From Pedobacter sp. (GTDB lineage Bacteria > Desulfobacterota > Desulfuromonadia > Desulfuromonadales > Syntrophotaleaceae): a stretch of 64,000 nt of DNA. Location: positions 1,128,679 to 1,192,678 of the forward strand of contig JBFWJC010000001.1 of the NCBI GenBank assembly GCA_050253415.1, read 5' to 3'. A model generated the notes under the pieces. It searched no databases and had not been told where the DNA came from. It saw nothing but the letters and a program-made list of their open reading frames with translations. A program made the position numbers and the translations under genes. Positions 1-10,440 of this stretch are shown here, one piece after another. Each line of letters opens with the position of its first letter. Position 1 is the first letter of the stretch.

Positions 1-37
1 CCATTTGGGTTGATGTGTGTTGTCGAAAGAGGTGGAT

Positions 38-1096
38 ATGATTAAGCATGCTATTGCCCGTGTCGTGGATGGGAAAAACCTTAGCGAACCCGACATGATT
101 GAGGTGATGAACCAGATTATGGGCGGAGAGGCGACTCCTGCGCAAATAGCTGCTTTTATCGTAGCTCTACGCATGAAGGGAGAAACGGTGGAAGAAATCA
201 CCGGAGCTGCCAGGGTCATGCGGGATCGGGTTACCCCTGTTAAGGTCGGTCGCGTTCTGGATATGGATCGTGAAGATATCAACCTTGATCGGGAGACCAT
301 GTCGGCGGTCCTTGATACTTGTGGGACCGGTGGCAGCGGCACCAAGTCTTTTAATATCTCCACTACGGTTGCGTTTGTCGTGGCGGCATGCGGTGTCAAA
401 GTGGCCAAGCATGGCAACCGCAGCATTTCATCGATGTGTGGCAGCGCTGACGTGTTGGAAGCCCTCGGCGTTAATCTCGATATCGGTGTGGATCGGGTTG
501 AACGCTGCATTGCTGAAGAAGGTATCGGTTTTTTATTCGCCCCGGCTTTGCACGGTGCCATGCGGCATGCCATCGGCCCCCGGCGTGAAATTGGGATACG
601 CACTATATTTAATATTCTTGGCCCACTCACTAACCCTGCTGGTGCCGATCGACAAGTTCTGGGCGTGTATCGGGAAGATCTTGTTGCTACCCTTGCAGAG
701 GTTCTTTGTCGACTTGGTTGCCGGCGCGGGTTCGTAGTGCATGGTATGGACGGTATGGATGAAGTGACCCTCACGGCTCCGACCAGGGTCGCCGATATTC
801 GTAATGGTGCCTATCAGCTTATGACTGTCGAGCCTGAGGACTTTGGCTTTAATCGATGCCGTCTTGAAGATCTGGTTGGTGGCGATGCTCATTGTAATGC
901 GCAACTGGTTCAAGCGATACTCAATGGGGAAAAAGGTCCACGTCGCGACGTTGTCTTGCTTAACAGCGCTTTTGCGCTGGTAGCTGCCGGTGAGGTTGAT
1001 ACTATCGATTCGGGACTGGAAACCGCTGCCAAGGCCCTCGATGATGGGCGTGCCTTAGCCAAACTCAACGCATTGATCAGGATGACTCAACAGTGA
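38..1096 (+). CDS. trpD: Anthranilate phosphoribosyltransferase
   Basis: DTCGTGG, FNIST, KHGNRS, GMDE motifs; ATG at 38 after GAGGTGG RBS (ORF track opens at 17). Confidence 0.97.
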   Translation: MIKHAIARVVDGKNLSEPDMIEVMNQIMGGEATPAQIAAFIVALRMKGETVEEITGAARVMRDRVTPVKVGRVLDMDREDINLDRETMSAVLDTCGTGGSGTKSFNISTTVAFVVAACGVKVAKHGNRSISSMCGSADVLEALGVNLDIGVDRVERCIAEEGIGFLFAPALHGAMRHAIGPRREIGIRTIFNILGPLTNPAGADRQVLGVYREDLVATLAEVLCRLGCRRGFVVHGMDGMDEVTLTAPTRVADIRNGAYQLMTVEPEDFGFNRCRLEDLVGGDAHCNAQLVQAILNGEKGPRRDVVLLNSAFALVAAGEVDTIDSGLETAAKALDDGRALAKLNALIRMTQQ

Positions 1097-1878
1097 TACT
1101 TGATGAAATACTCAAACATAAAAGACTTGAAGTTCAAGTTGCCAAACAGGTTTTGCCCCTTGCGGAGTTAAAAGCACGCTTATCCGAGGCGGATACCATT
1201 CGCCCCTTTACGGAGGCTCTGCGAAGACACGGGAATAGCGGCACGGCGGTCATCGCCGAGGTTAAAAAAGGATCGCCATCCAAGGGGATCATACGTCCCG
1301 ACTTCGATCCCTTGGACATCGCACGCTGCTATAGCCGCGCCGGTGCGGCCTGTCTGTCGGTTCTTACCGATGAGCGGTTTTTTCATGGGCGTCTTGAGTA
1401 TCTGACAGCTATACGCCAAGAGGTCGAACTGCCATTGTTGCGTAAGGAGTTCATCGTCGACCCTTATCAGGTTTATGAAGCGCGTGTCTTTGGAGCGGAT
1501 GCCGTTTTATTAATTGCCGCAGCTCTGGACGATGCCGTTCTTAGTGATCTGGCGGACTTGGCGGGCGAACTTCAAATGGATGTTTTGCTTGAAGTTCACG
1601 ATGAAAACGAGCTGGAGAGGGCGCTGCGCGTATCGACCCCCATGATTGGTATAAACAATCGCAATCTAAAAACATTCCATACCGATCTTGCTGTAACTGA
1701 GCGACTTCTGCCGATGATTCCTGCTGACCGCCTTGTGGTGGCTGAAAGTGGTATCCGCACACGGCAAGACATTTGCCGTCTGCAGAAGGCTGGCGCCGGT
1801 GCCTTTTTGATCGGAGAGAGTCTCGTGCGGGAAGAGGATATCGAGGGCAAGCTGTCCCTGCTGCTTGGCAAGCAGTGA
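1093..1878 (+). CDS. trpC: Indole-3-glycerol phosphate synthase
   Basis: [36 protein letters not shown] motifs; GTGA overlap with trpD. Confidence 0.97.
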   Translation: MILDEILKHKRLEVQVAKQVLPLAELKARLSEADTIRPFTEALRRHGNSGTAVIAEVKKGSPSKGIIRPDFDPLDIARCYSRAGAACLSVLTDERFFHGRLEYLTAIRQEVELPLLRKEFIVDPYQVYEARVFGADAVLLIAAALDDAVLSDLADLAGELQMDVLLEVHDENELERALRVSTPMIGINNRNLKTFHTDLAVTERLLPMIPADRLVVAESGIRTRQDICRLQKAGAGAFLIGESLVREEDIEGKLSLLLGKQ

Positions 1879-2029
1879 CCTTCCTGCGTTGTACCGTAGC
1901 CGTTTTTCGCTCAGTGGATACTTGCCGGGACGATGACTGCATTTGCCGTCTGGTGCAAAGGGTGGGTAGTGTTGTTCTTGTCGGTAAAATGTCTGATTTG
2001 TCGCCTCAGCACCGGATACCAAGCATGTT

Positions 2030-2656
2030 ATGATCATACCTAGAGTTAAAATTTGCGGTATTACAAATCTTGAGGATGCGTTGCATGCGGTGCGATGTGG
2101 GGCGGATGCTCTGGGATTTGTTTTCTACCCCGGCAGTCCCCGCTGGATCAGTCCTGAAAAGGCTCGTGTTATTATGGGGGGATTGCCCCCGTTTGTAACG
2201 ACCGTTGGCCTGTTTGTTAATCAGCCTACGGAGGAAGTGCGTAAGGTGGTCGATTTTTGTCACCTGGATGTTATTCAGTTGCACGGTGACGAATCCCCCG
2301 AAGTGTGCCAGTCTTTGGCTCCTTGCAGGGTTGTTAAAGCGCTACGCCTGCGTGATGCAGGGAGCTTGGATGGTGTGGAGCATTACCCTGTTTGTGCAGT
2401 GTTGCTAGACGCCTGGGTGCCGGATCAGTTTGGTGGTACTGGGCATCGTTGTGATTGGCAACTAGCCGCCGAGGTAGCCAGCGAACGAACGACTATTCTT
2501 GCGGGCGGTCTGGGACCCGATTGCGTAGCTCATGCAGTTCGGCAGGTTCGGCCTTATGCTGTTGATGTATCAAGCGGAGTTGAAAGTGCGCCAGGGCGTA
2601 AAGATCCCGACAAAGTTGCTGCCTTTATTCGCAACGCAAAAGGTGTTTTGGCCTGA
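2030..2656 (+). CDS. trpF: Phosphoribosylanthranilate isomerase
   Basis: VKICGIT, QLHGDE, GGTG, LAGGL, DVSSGVE motifs. Confidence 0.97.
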   Translation: MIIPRVKICGITNLEDALHAVRCGADALGFVFYPGSPRWISPEKARVIMGGLPPFVTTVGLFVNQPTEEVRKVVDFCHLDVIQLHGDESPEVCQSLAPCRVVKALRLRDAGSLDGVEHYPVCAVLLDAWVPDQFGGTGHRCDWQLAAEVASERTTILAGGLGPDCVAHAVRQVRPYAVDVSSGVESAPGRKDPDKVAAFIRNAKGVLA

Positions 2657-2839
2657 ATAGCCGAGAGTAGCACGATAGCCTGCCCCCGGGCGGGGCTCAA
2701 AGCGCCGTGACGCCGAACCGCCGTATGTTTCAATCTCGCTTTTTGCCCAATGGATAACCCTTACGGTAGCTGTTTTGCCGTAGGGAAAAAGAGGACAATC
2801 CTTTTTGGTCCTGGCACGAAGCATACCATAGGAACTATT

Positions 2840-4135
2840 ATGAAATTTTCCGAACTGAACCTGCCCGTCGAAGTCCAGCGAGGCATCGATGCCGTGGGAT
2901 TCACTACGCTCACGCCCGTTCAGGAACAGTCGATTCCCCTGGCATTGGAGCGTAAGGATGTTGCTGCCCAGGCACAAACCGGCACTGGCAAGACAGCGGC
3001 TTTTTTAATCTCTTTATTCACGAGATTGATCCGAGATCCGCAACCTAGGGGGAATGCGCCAAGGGCTTTAATTCTTGCGCCGACCCGTGAGTTAGTCGTA
3101 CAGATAGCTGAGGACGCCACAGGGTTGGGCCGTTTTTGCGATTTTAAAATCCAGCCTATTTTTGGTGGCATCGATTATGAAAAACAACGCCAGGCGTTGC
3201 AATCCGGAGTCGATATCGTTATTGCCACTCCGGGGCGTCTGATCGATTACGTCAAGCAGGGAGCGGTATCTCTGGCCAGTATCGAGGCCTTGGTCATTGA
3301 TGAAGCGGACCGCATGTTCGATATGGGGTTTATTCGAGACCTGCGGTATATCATTCGGAAATTACCGGCGTTTGACCGGCGTCAAACCATGCTTTTTTCG
3401 GCCACCTTGTCCCACCGCGTCATGGAGTTGGCTTACGAATTCATGGACATGACCGAGAAGGTCAAGGTGACCCCGCAGAATGTTACCGCCGCACAAGTCG
3501 AAGAGGTTCTTTATCATGTCGCCCGTCGGGAGAAATTTGCATTGCTGATGGGGTTAATGAAAAAAGAGCAGGCGGAATGTGTGATGCTGTTTGTCAATAC
3601 CAAGCGCGAAGCCGAATATCTTGAAGGTCGTCTGCAGGCCAACGGTTTTAAGGCGGCTTTGATCTCGGGTGATATCCCGCAGAAAAAACGCATGCGTATC
3701 CTGGATGACTTCAAAAAAGGGCAAATTCATTTTCTGGTCGGAACAGATGTTGCGTCGCGAGGTATTCATGTTGATGGGGTGACGCACGTTATTAACTACG
3801 ATTTGCCTCAGGACCGCGAGGATTATGTGCATCGCATCGGCCGTACAGCGCGTGCCGGTGCCACCGGCAAGGCTATCAGTTTTGCCGATGAGGATCTGGT
3901 CTTTTATCTGGCTGATATCGAGGATTATATCGGGCATCGAATTCCTGCGGTATTTCCTGAAGACAGCGACTTTTGCCATCAGTACAAGTCGTTCCGGCCT
4001 CCCAAAAAGCCGGTCCGCGGGCGCACTGTAACCCCGGGCGGCAAACCAAAGGAATCACAGCCCCGTCGCCGCAAGCCACGTCGCCGTACCAAGAGCGATT
4101 CATCAGAAAATAAAACCGGGAAAGAAACACCGTGA
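2840..4135 (+). CDS. DEAD-box RNA helicase (RhlB/RhlE-like)
   Basis: Q motif, AQTGTGKT, PTREL, DEADRM, SAT, HRIGRTAR; basic C-terminal tail; ATG at 2840 chosen. Confidence 0.93.
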   Translation: MKFSELNLPVEVQRGIDAVGFTTLTPVQEQSIPLALERKDVAAQAQTGTGKTAAFLISLFTRLIRDPQPRGNAPRALILAPTRELVVQIAEDATGLGRFCDFKIQPIFGGIDYEKQRQALQSGVDIVIATPGRLIDYVKQGAVSLASIEALVIDEADRMFDMGFIRDLRYIIRKLPAFDRRQTMLFSATLSHRVMELAYEFMDMTEKVKVTPQNVTAAQVEEVLYHVARREKFALLMGLMKKEQAECVMLFVNTKREAEYLEGRLQANGFKAALISGDIPQKKRMRILDDFKKGQIHFLVGTDVASRGIHVDGVTHVINYDLPQDREDYVHRIGRTARAGATGKAISFADEDLVFYLADIEDYIGHRIPAVFPEDSDFCHQYKSFRPPKKPVRGRTVTPGGKPKESQPRRRKPRRRTKSDSSENKTGKETP

Positions 4136-4806
4136 CAGGTTACGCTCTGGAGACATTGCCATCCTGCACCAAATGCTCGCGATTGGTGGACTATCTTGGC
4201 AGCCTCGCACCAGCTAAGGGCCGAAGCCGAAGCGAATACTGGAACCGGCCGGTTCCGGGTTTCGGAGACCTCCAGGCAAGAATCTTCTTGGTCGGACTGG
4301 CTCCAGGAGCGCATGGGGCAAATCGTACCGGCAGGCCTTTTACCGGTGACGGTGCCGGCGATTTTATGTATCCGTTGCTGTACGCAACCGGGTTTGCCGA
4401 TCGACCGGAGGCTGAAAGTATCGATGACGGCCTGGTGCTGACGGACCTTTATATTAGTAATGCCGTCAAGTGTGTGCCCCCTCAGAATAAACCACTGACC
4501 GATGAGTTCAGACATTGCCGTCCCTACCTGACGGCTGAGCAACTTCGCCTGCCCAATATGAAGGTGGTTGTTACTTTGGGGCGGGGTGCGTTTGACAGTT
4601 ACCTGCGCTTATGTCAGGACCAAGCCATCATACAGAGGCTCCAAGATTTTCCGTTTGCTCACGGGGCCAGTTACCAATTATCGAATGGAATATGGTTGGT
4701 CGCCTGTTATCACACCAGTAGATACAACGTGAATACAGGTCGCATCACCGAACAAATGTTTGTCGATTTAATGCACCATGTGCATGATCTGGCAGAAAAC
4801 GGTTGA
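4132..4806 (+). CDS. Uracil-DNA glycosylase, family 5 (UdgB-like, Fe-S)
   Basis: N-terminal CxxC, GLAPGAHGANRTGRPFTGD, KCVPPQNKP, YHTS motifs. Confidence 0.9.
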   Translation: MTGYALETLPSCTKCSRLVDYLGSLAPAKGRSRSEYWNRPVPGFGDLQARIFLVGLAPGAHGANRTGRPFTGDGAGDFMYPLLYATGFADRPEAESIDDGLVLTDLYISNAVKCVPPQNKPLTDEFRHCRPYLTAEQLRLPNMKVVVTLGRGAFDSYLRLCQDQAIIQRLQDFPFAHGASYQLSNGIWLVACYHTSRYNVNTGRITEQMFVDLMHHVHDLAENG

Positions 4807-4970
4807 AATCATTCTCTGCCTTTCATAAACTTACCTGTTTTGACTGCCCTGGGGAAAAGATCCGATTTGCCCGCTTGCAGAAATATGCGGCGAGTTAGCG
4901 TTTTCCCTGATGAATTCAGACCAGTTCTCCTGTGACGACTCCTGTTGAGAACGAGCCAACGAGGTGAGAG

Positions 4971-5819
4971 ATGGCCTGGTTTAAAAAAACGAAGGCGCCG
5001 ATTGTGCCTGTTGAAAGCAAAAAAGTGAAGATGCCTGAAGGCGTCTGGCGTAAATGCCCCCATTGCAACGAAATTATCTACGCCAAAGAGATCGAGCGTA
5101 ATCAGAATGTTTGCCCCAAATGCGATTATCATTTTCGTATCTCGGCTCGGGAGCGCATTTCTCTGGTGCTCGATGAAGGCTCGTTTGCCGAGCATGATGC
5201 TACCATGCAATCCATCGATTTTCTCGAGTTCAAGGACGGTAAGCGCTATCGCGATCGCATCGGTGCAGCTATCAAAAACAGTGGCCTGAGTGATGCTGTT
5301 CTTTGGGGTGAGGGATCCATTGAGGCCTTGCCGGTGGTGGTGGCGGTGTTCGATTTCTCTTTCATGGGTGGCAGCATGGGGGCCGTGGTTGGTGAAAAGG
5401 TAACCAGGGCGGCTGAAAAGGCGTTGGAAAAACGCTGCCCCTGTCTGGTCTTTTCATCTTCCGGTGGCGCCCGCATGCAGGAAAGCATTATGTCCCTGAT
5501 GCAGATGGCCAAAACCAGTGCTGCTCTTGCCCGACTCAAGGAAGCCGGTCTTCCCTATATCTCGGTTTTGACCGACCCAACCACGGGTGGGGTAACAGCG
5601 AGCTTTGCTATGCTGGGTGACGTCAATATGGCCGAACCTCGTGCTTTGATCGGGTTTGCCGGCCCCCGCGTTATTGAACAGACCATCCGTCAGAAACTGC
5701 CTGAAGGATTTCAGCGATCGGAATATCTTCTGGAGCATGGCATGGTCGATATGATCGTTCGCCGGCCGGAAATGAAGGCGCGCCTGGCCCAGGTTTTACG
5801 TGTCTTCATGAAGCAATGA
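4971..5819 (+). CDS. accD: Acetyl-CoA carboxylase carboxyltransferase beta subunit
   Basis: Zn finger [39 protein letters not shown]. Confidence 0.97.
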   Translation: MAWFKKTKAPIVPVESKKVKMPEGVWRKCPHCNEIIYAKEIERNQNVCPKCDYHFRISARERISLVLDEGSFAEHDATMQSIDFLEFKDGKRYRDRIGAAIKNSGLSDAVLWGEGSIEALPVVVAVFDFSFMGGSMGAVVGEKVTRAAEKALEKRCPCLVFSSSGGARMQESIMSLMQMAKTSAALARLKEAGLPYISVLTDPTTGGVTASFAMLGDVNMAEPRALIGFAGPRVIEQTIRQKLPEGFQRSEYLLEHGMVDMIVRRPEMKARLAQVLRVFMKQ

Positions 5820-5822
5820 CCC

Positions 5823-7091
5823 ATGAATTACCAACAGAGCCTGGCTTATCTGTTTGGGCTGCAACGCTTTGGCATTAAGCTGGGCCTCGCCAATATTCAA
5901 ACCCTGCTGACAGGACTGGATAACCCCGAAAGGGCTATGCGCATTGTGCATGTGGCCGGCACTAACGGAAAAGGTTCGGTGTCGGCATCTACGGCCTTGA
6001 TACTGCAGTCGGCAGGGTATCGCACCGGCCTTTATACATCTCCGCACCTGCATTCTTTTACTGAGCGCATTCGTATCGATGGCGAGCCTGTCAGCGAAGC
6101 TGAAATGGTGGCGCTGGTTGATGAAATACGCGCGGTTGTCGGTTCCGTACCAGTCACATTTTTTGAATTTACCACAGCGATGGCGCTGTTGTATTTCAAA
6201 CGCAAGAATGTCGAATTTGCAGTGCTGGAAGTTGGCATGGGCGGTCGCCTTGACGCCACCAATGCTGTGTTGCCTGACGTCTCTGTCATTACCCCGATCT
6301 GTTACGACCATGCCGAACATCTGGGGGCGGATCTCGCGACTATTGCCGGTGAAAAAGCCGGTATCATCAAGCCGGGGATTCCGGTGGTCATTGCGTCGCA
6401 GCAGCCAGAAGCCGAACGCGTGCTGCTGGCGCGGGCTACGGAGCAACATGCCCCTGTAAGTCTTTGGGGCCGTGATTTCCAGATTATGGAACATGCCCAG
6501 TCTTTTGATTTTCTCTCTTCAAGTCTGACACTTCGGGACTTGTCCCCGGGGCTGGCCGGTGCGCATCAGCGGGAGAATCTTGCTGTGGCTCTGGAGGTTG
6601 CGGCTCTGTTGAGAAGCCGTGGGGTTGCCTTGTCGGAGCAAGCTTTGCGCCACGGTGTTGAAAACGTTCACTGGCCCGGTCGCCTCGAATGGTGGGGAGG
6701 GTTGCGGCAGGTGTTGCTTGATGGCGCCCATAATCGTGGTGGCGCTCAGGCGCTGGCCCGTTACCTGGTCTCTATCGGGTGTGGAAAAGTTCGCTGGGTG
6801 GTCGGGATCAAAGGACAACGATGCCCCGATGATATTCTTGCCCCCCTGCTGCCTCATGCATCCTGCCTTTATGCAACCTTGCCACCTGTTGACCAAGGGG
6901 TTGAACCCGATAAACTGGTTCAGACGGCCAGGCAATTCGGCGTACCGGCCGAAGTCTATCCGAGTCCGGCCGAGGCCATGGCCACCGCTCTTGCCGACAG
7001 GCGCGAGGGGGAGGTTGTGCTGGTGGCGGGCTCATTGTTTTTAGTTGCAGCTGTGCGAGACTATTTGATGGATAGGGAGAGAACCCGGTGA
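5823..7091 (+). CDS. folC: Folylpolyglutamate synthase/dihydrofolate synthase
   Basis: HVAGTNGKGS, YTSPHL, EVGMGGRLDATN, WPGRLE, DGAHN; accD-folC synteny. Confidence 0.96.
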   Translation: MNYQQSLAYLFGLQRFGIKLGLANIQTLLTGLDNPERAMRIVHVAGTNGKGSVSASTALILQSAGYRTGLYTSPHLHSFTERIRIDGEPVSEAEMVALVDEIRAVVGSVPVTFFEFTTAMALLYFKRKNVEFAVLEVGMGGRLDATNAVLPDVSVITPICYDHAEHLGADLATIAGEKAGIIKPGIPVVIASQQPEAERVLLARATEQHAPVSLWGRDFQIMEHAQSFDFLSSSLTLRDLSPGLAGAHQRENLAVALEVAALLRSRGVALSEQALRHGVENVHWPGRLEWWGGLRQVLLDGAHNRGGAQALARYLVSIGCGKVRWVVGIKGQRCPDDILAPLLPHASCLYATLPPVDQGVEPDKLVQTARQFGVPAEVYPSPAEAMATALADRREGEVVLVAGSLFLVAAVRDYLMDRERTR

Positions 7092-9196
7092 AAGATAATT
7101 GCATTGCGCTGAGGGGCGCGGCCTGCCTGTTGTTGGCAATCATGATGTTGGCCGGGTGTCCGGTTTTTGCGGAGGAGACCGCTGATGTCTCTGCAGACCC
7201 TGTGGCATTGGAAGCCGAGGAGCTGGTCTTCGATCAGAAGGAGGGCGTATATCAGGCTACGGGGAATGTCTTGTTGCGCCGGGGGGATCAGACTCTGGCT
7301 ACCGAAAGTCTCCAGTTTAATGAAGAAACCGGTGATGCTCAAGCCAGCGGCCAGGTGCGTTTGTTTGACCCCGAGGCGGTTGTTTCCGGGGATGCTTTGA
7401 GCCTGAATATCCATCAGAATACAGGCTCCATCAGCAACGGGAAGATTTTTTTGCCAAAGCCTAACTTCCATGTCGCTGGTAGTGAAATCGATAAACTTGG
7501 TAAATACCGGTACCATATCCAGGATGGTACATTTACCACCTGTGATGGCGAGCGGCCTTCATGGAAATTCACCGCCCGCCAACTTGACGTTACGGTCGGC
7601 GGTTATGCCTGGGCCCGGCATGTTTTTTTTCATATATATGACGTCCCTGTTTTATATCTCCCTGTGATGGGATACCCGGTTAAAGTTGAGCGGGAGTCCG
7701 GACTGTTGATGCCACGTTACGGCCAATCCGACAAGCGTGGGACAGAGCTTTCTCTCGTCTATTATCAAGTCCTTGACCGCCATATGGATGCGACCTTTTA
7801 CCTCGACTATTTTTCCAAACTTGGTGTTGGTAAAGGGATTGAATATCGTTACTTCCTTGGACATGATAACGAGGGGGAGGCCAAGGTGTATCATGTCTCC
7901 GGTCTTGAGGGGCACAGTGATCAGGTGGCACTCGACTGGCAGCATATGGGGACCTTGCCCGGAAAGGTCTGGTTAACTGCAGACGCCCAGTATGTCAGCA
8001 GTCGCCGTTATTTTTCCGACTTTGGCGAAGTCGCTGGTGAGTATAACCGCGATCGTGCCGAGACCGTGGTGGCTGCAAGTCGGCAATGGGGGAATAACAA
8101 TCTCGCAGGTCAGTTCAAGTACTTGCGTCAATTGAATCAGGATGACGGTGATGCGCCGGTCAATGATGATTTGACATTGCAACGGTTGCCCGAGGTTCGT
8201 TTTAATATGTTACGGCAACGGTTCGGGTACAGTCCGTTTTATTACAGTCTTGACTCGTCGGCTTCCTACCTGTGGCAAAAAAAAGGGGATAAGGTCACTC
8301 GTTTTAGCCTGCGGCCAGCGTTGTCTGCCCAGTTCACTCCTGGCGAATGGTTGGAAGTCGGTGCTGAAATTGGGTACCGTGAAAGAGTTTACTCCTGGTC
8401 CGAAGGGGATGAGCAAAAGGGGGTGCCCGACGCGACCCTGCGCCTCGGTACGCGTCTCAACAGGGTTTACGATGTGGGTGGCGATACCGTCAGTAAAATT
8501 CAGCATATTATGCAGCCGGAAGTGATCTATTATTATGTGCCTACCGTAAATCAGGATGATTTGCCCCAACTAGAATCTGATGATTTTATCGGTCGCCGCA
8601 ATACGCTGAGTTACGGGTTGGTAAACCGACTGGTCGCCCGGCTTGAATCCGTTCAGGGGCAGGTGGATTACCATGAGTTTCTTTATCTGCGAGTAGCGCA
8701 GGAATACGACCTTTCGTTGACTCAGCATGTCGACCTGTTGGCCACGGACAGGCAAGAGGCGCAGCGCTGGAGCGATCTTCGCACAGAATTGATCATTCGT
8801 CCGACGCGTCACAGCTACTTTGATCTTGATTCACGTCTTGCTACAAGCGGTGAAGGCGGGTTGCGCACTTTCAGCACCGAAGGTGGCGTGGAAGACGGAC
8901 ATGGCAATGCCCTGGCGTTGCGCTACCGTTATCGCCAGGACGAGCAGGAGTATGTTGGCGTCAAGATGGATATGGCTTGGCTGAAGCCGGTTTATGTCAA
9001 CTATGAGCAGCGCTATGCTCTGGATGACAGTGTTACTCTTGAAAACGTCATCAATCTCGAATACCGGGCGCAATGTTGGAGTATGTTTGTATCGTGGAGG
9101 GACCGACGCGACGAGCAGCAATTCACCGTCAGTTTTGCTCTGACCGGAATAGGGAGAACGGCTCGTTCCGGCAGCAGCCTTGAACCAACTTTATAA
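7088..9196 (+). CDS. lptD: LPS-assembly outer-membrane protein
   Basis: Signal peptide, OstA-like N-domain, FTTCDG..PSW, R.SGLL.P motif, beta-barrel-like C-terminus with YRAQCW. Confidence 0.88.
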   Translation: MKDNCIALRGAACLLLAIMMLAGCPVFAEETADVSADPVALEAEELVFDQKEGVYQATGNVLLRRGDQTLATESLQFNEETGDAQASGQVRLFDPEAVVSGDALSLNIHQNTGSISNGKIFLPKPNFHVAGSEIDKLGKYRYHIQDGTFTTCDGERPSWKFTARQLDVTVGGYAWARHVFFHIYDVPVLYLPVMGYPVKVERESGLLMPRYGQSDKRGTELSLVYYQVLDRHMDATFYLDYFSKLGVGKGIEYRYFLGHDNEGEAKVYHVSGLEGHSDQVALDWQHMGTLPGKVWLTADAQYVSSRRYFSDFGEVAGEYNRDRAETVVAASRQWGNNNLAGQFKYLRQLNQDDGDAPVNDDLTLQRLPEVRFNMLRQRFGYSPFYYSLDSSASYLWQKKGDKVTRFSLRPALSAQFTPGEWLEVGAEIGYRERVYSWSEGDEQKGVPDATLRLGTRLNRVYDVGGDTVSKIQHIMQPEVIYYYVPTVNQDDLPQLESDDFIGRRNTLSYGLVNRLVARLESVQGQVDYHEFLYLRVAQEYDLSLTQHVDLLATDRQEAQRWSDLRTELIIRPTRHSYFDLDSRLATSGEGGLRTFSTEGGVEDGHGNALALRYRYRQDEQEYVGVKMDMAWLKPVYVNYEQRYALDDSVTLENVINLEYRAQCWSMFVSWRDRRDEQQFTVSFALTGIGRTARSGSSLEPTL

Positions 9197-9346
9197 TGGG
9201 ACCACAATACGGGTAAAATCCTTTGCGGAAAATGTGTAGAAACTAATTGACCGCAAAAATAAAAAAATGCTAATAATGCATAGCCCGCTAAATTATGGTA
9301 GTGGGACTGCGGCCTGTCCACATTTTAGCACCCGTAAGGAGTCTCT

Positions 9347-9652
9347 ATGAAAGCTCTGGTAAACTGGTTAGTGTTGGTGGTATGTTTGGTTGCCTTTGTT
9401 CCTGCTACAGGTTTTTCTGCTCAGGGAGTGACAGCGGAAAAGACTGTTGCATCGACTTCTGTCGTGGCAGTCAATAGCGCGACAGTGGAACAGCTGCAAA
9501 GCCTGCCCGGTATCGGGAAGGTAACTGCTCGCAGCATTGTAGAATATCGTAAGGTTCATGGTCCCTTTGCCAAGGCTGAAGATCTCCTGCAGGTTAAAGG
9601 GATAGGTAGTCAGACCTTGGAGAAAATCAGGGGACAGATTTCAGTAAACTGA
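9347..9652 (+). CDS. ComEA-like helix-hairpin-helix protein
   Basis: Signal peptide; NSATVEQLQSLPGIG and LLQVKGIG HhH motifs; AAGGAG RBS. Confidence 0.9.
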   Translation: MKALVNWLVLVVCLVAFVPATGFSAQGVTAEKTVASTSVVAVNSATVEQLQSLPGIGKVTARSIVEYRKVHGPFAKAEDLLQVKGIGSQTLEKIRGQISVN

Positions 9653-9739
9653 TCCGGGCTTGTCGCGCCGGCTGTGTGCGCGCAAACAGTGCGTCGTTGT
9701 TTTGAAAGCTTAGGAGCAGGTCGTTGAAGGAGTGCAGGT

Positions 9740-10096
9740 ATGGCAGGCCCTAAAGCCACATCCAGCGTGCGTAGCGGCGGCCGTCGGATTCCGCTGATAC
9801 CAGTGGTTATCATCTTGTTAATCCTTGGCGCGGGGCTTTTCGGTGAAAAAGGAGCTCTGCGCATGTTGCAAGCGCGGCATCAAAAATCTGCTTTGGAGCG
9901 CCAGGTTGCCGAAAAACAGGATGTAATCCGCGACCTGAAACATGAAATCAATCTACTCAAGACAGACCGCAATTATATTGAAGCACTTGCTCGACAAGAG
10001 TTGGGTATGGTGGGTGACGGAGAGGTCGTTTATCAGTTTCCCTCCGAAAAGTCTGATTCCGACAAGCCGGAGGAAGTGCCCCTTTCCAAGCCCTGA
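9740..10096 (+). CDS. ftsB: Septum formation initiator (FtsB/DivIC family)
   Basis: One TM, GEKG, coiled coil, IEALARQELGMV..GEVVYQF. Confidence 0.85.
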   Translation: MAGPKATSSVRSGGRRIPLIPVVIILLILGAGLFGEKGALRMLQARHQKSALERQVAEKQDVIRDLKHEINLLKTDRNYIEALARQELGMVGDGEVVYQFPSEKSDSDKPEEVPLSKP

Positions 10097-10129
10097 GACG
10101 ACCGTTTGACATAGAACATACTCACTATT

Positions 10130-10154
10130 CCCGGCATTTGCCGGGTTATTTTTT
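10130..10154 (+). terminator. Intrinsic terminator after ftsB
   Basis: CCCGGC-ATTT-GCCGGG hairpin then TTATTTTTT. Confidence 0.7.
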
Positions 10155-10168
10155 GCTCGCGGTCTCGC

Positions 10169-10198
10169 TTGACAGGGGGGCTAAAGCAGGGCTAACAT
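10169..10198 (+). promoter_or_regulatory. Candidate sigma70 promoter for argS
   Basis: TTGACA-N18-TAACAT just after the terminator. Confidence 0.5.
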
Positions 10199-10440
10199 AC
10201 GCGCTGGAAATTGCGTCCGGATTATCCATGAAAACGTCTGTCGCAACCTGATTCAACCATTTTAAGCTATGCTCCTTTTTTGCGCGGGTATGTACGAAAG
10301 ACAGTGTCAAAATCTGATATGCTTTTGGCGCGGTCTGCCCTCCCTTGTTGGTCTCGCGATGAAGCCTCACGTTAAAACGGGGTATCGAGGTCTTTGGCGT
10401 GAATGTGGACAGCTTTATTTCTACAAAGAAAGCATTTTTC

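Noticed and set aside
2812..2828. TGGCACG upstream of the DEAD-box helicase as a sigma54 site
   Set aside because: No -12 GC and too close to the start codon.
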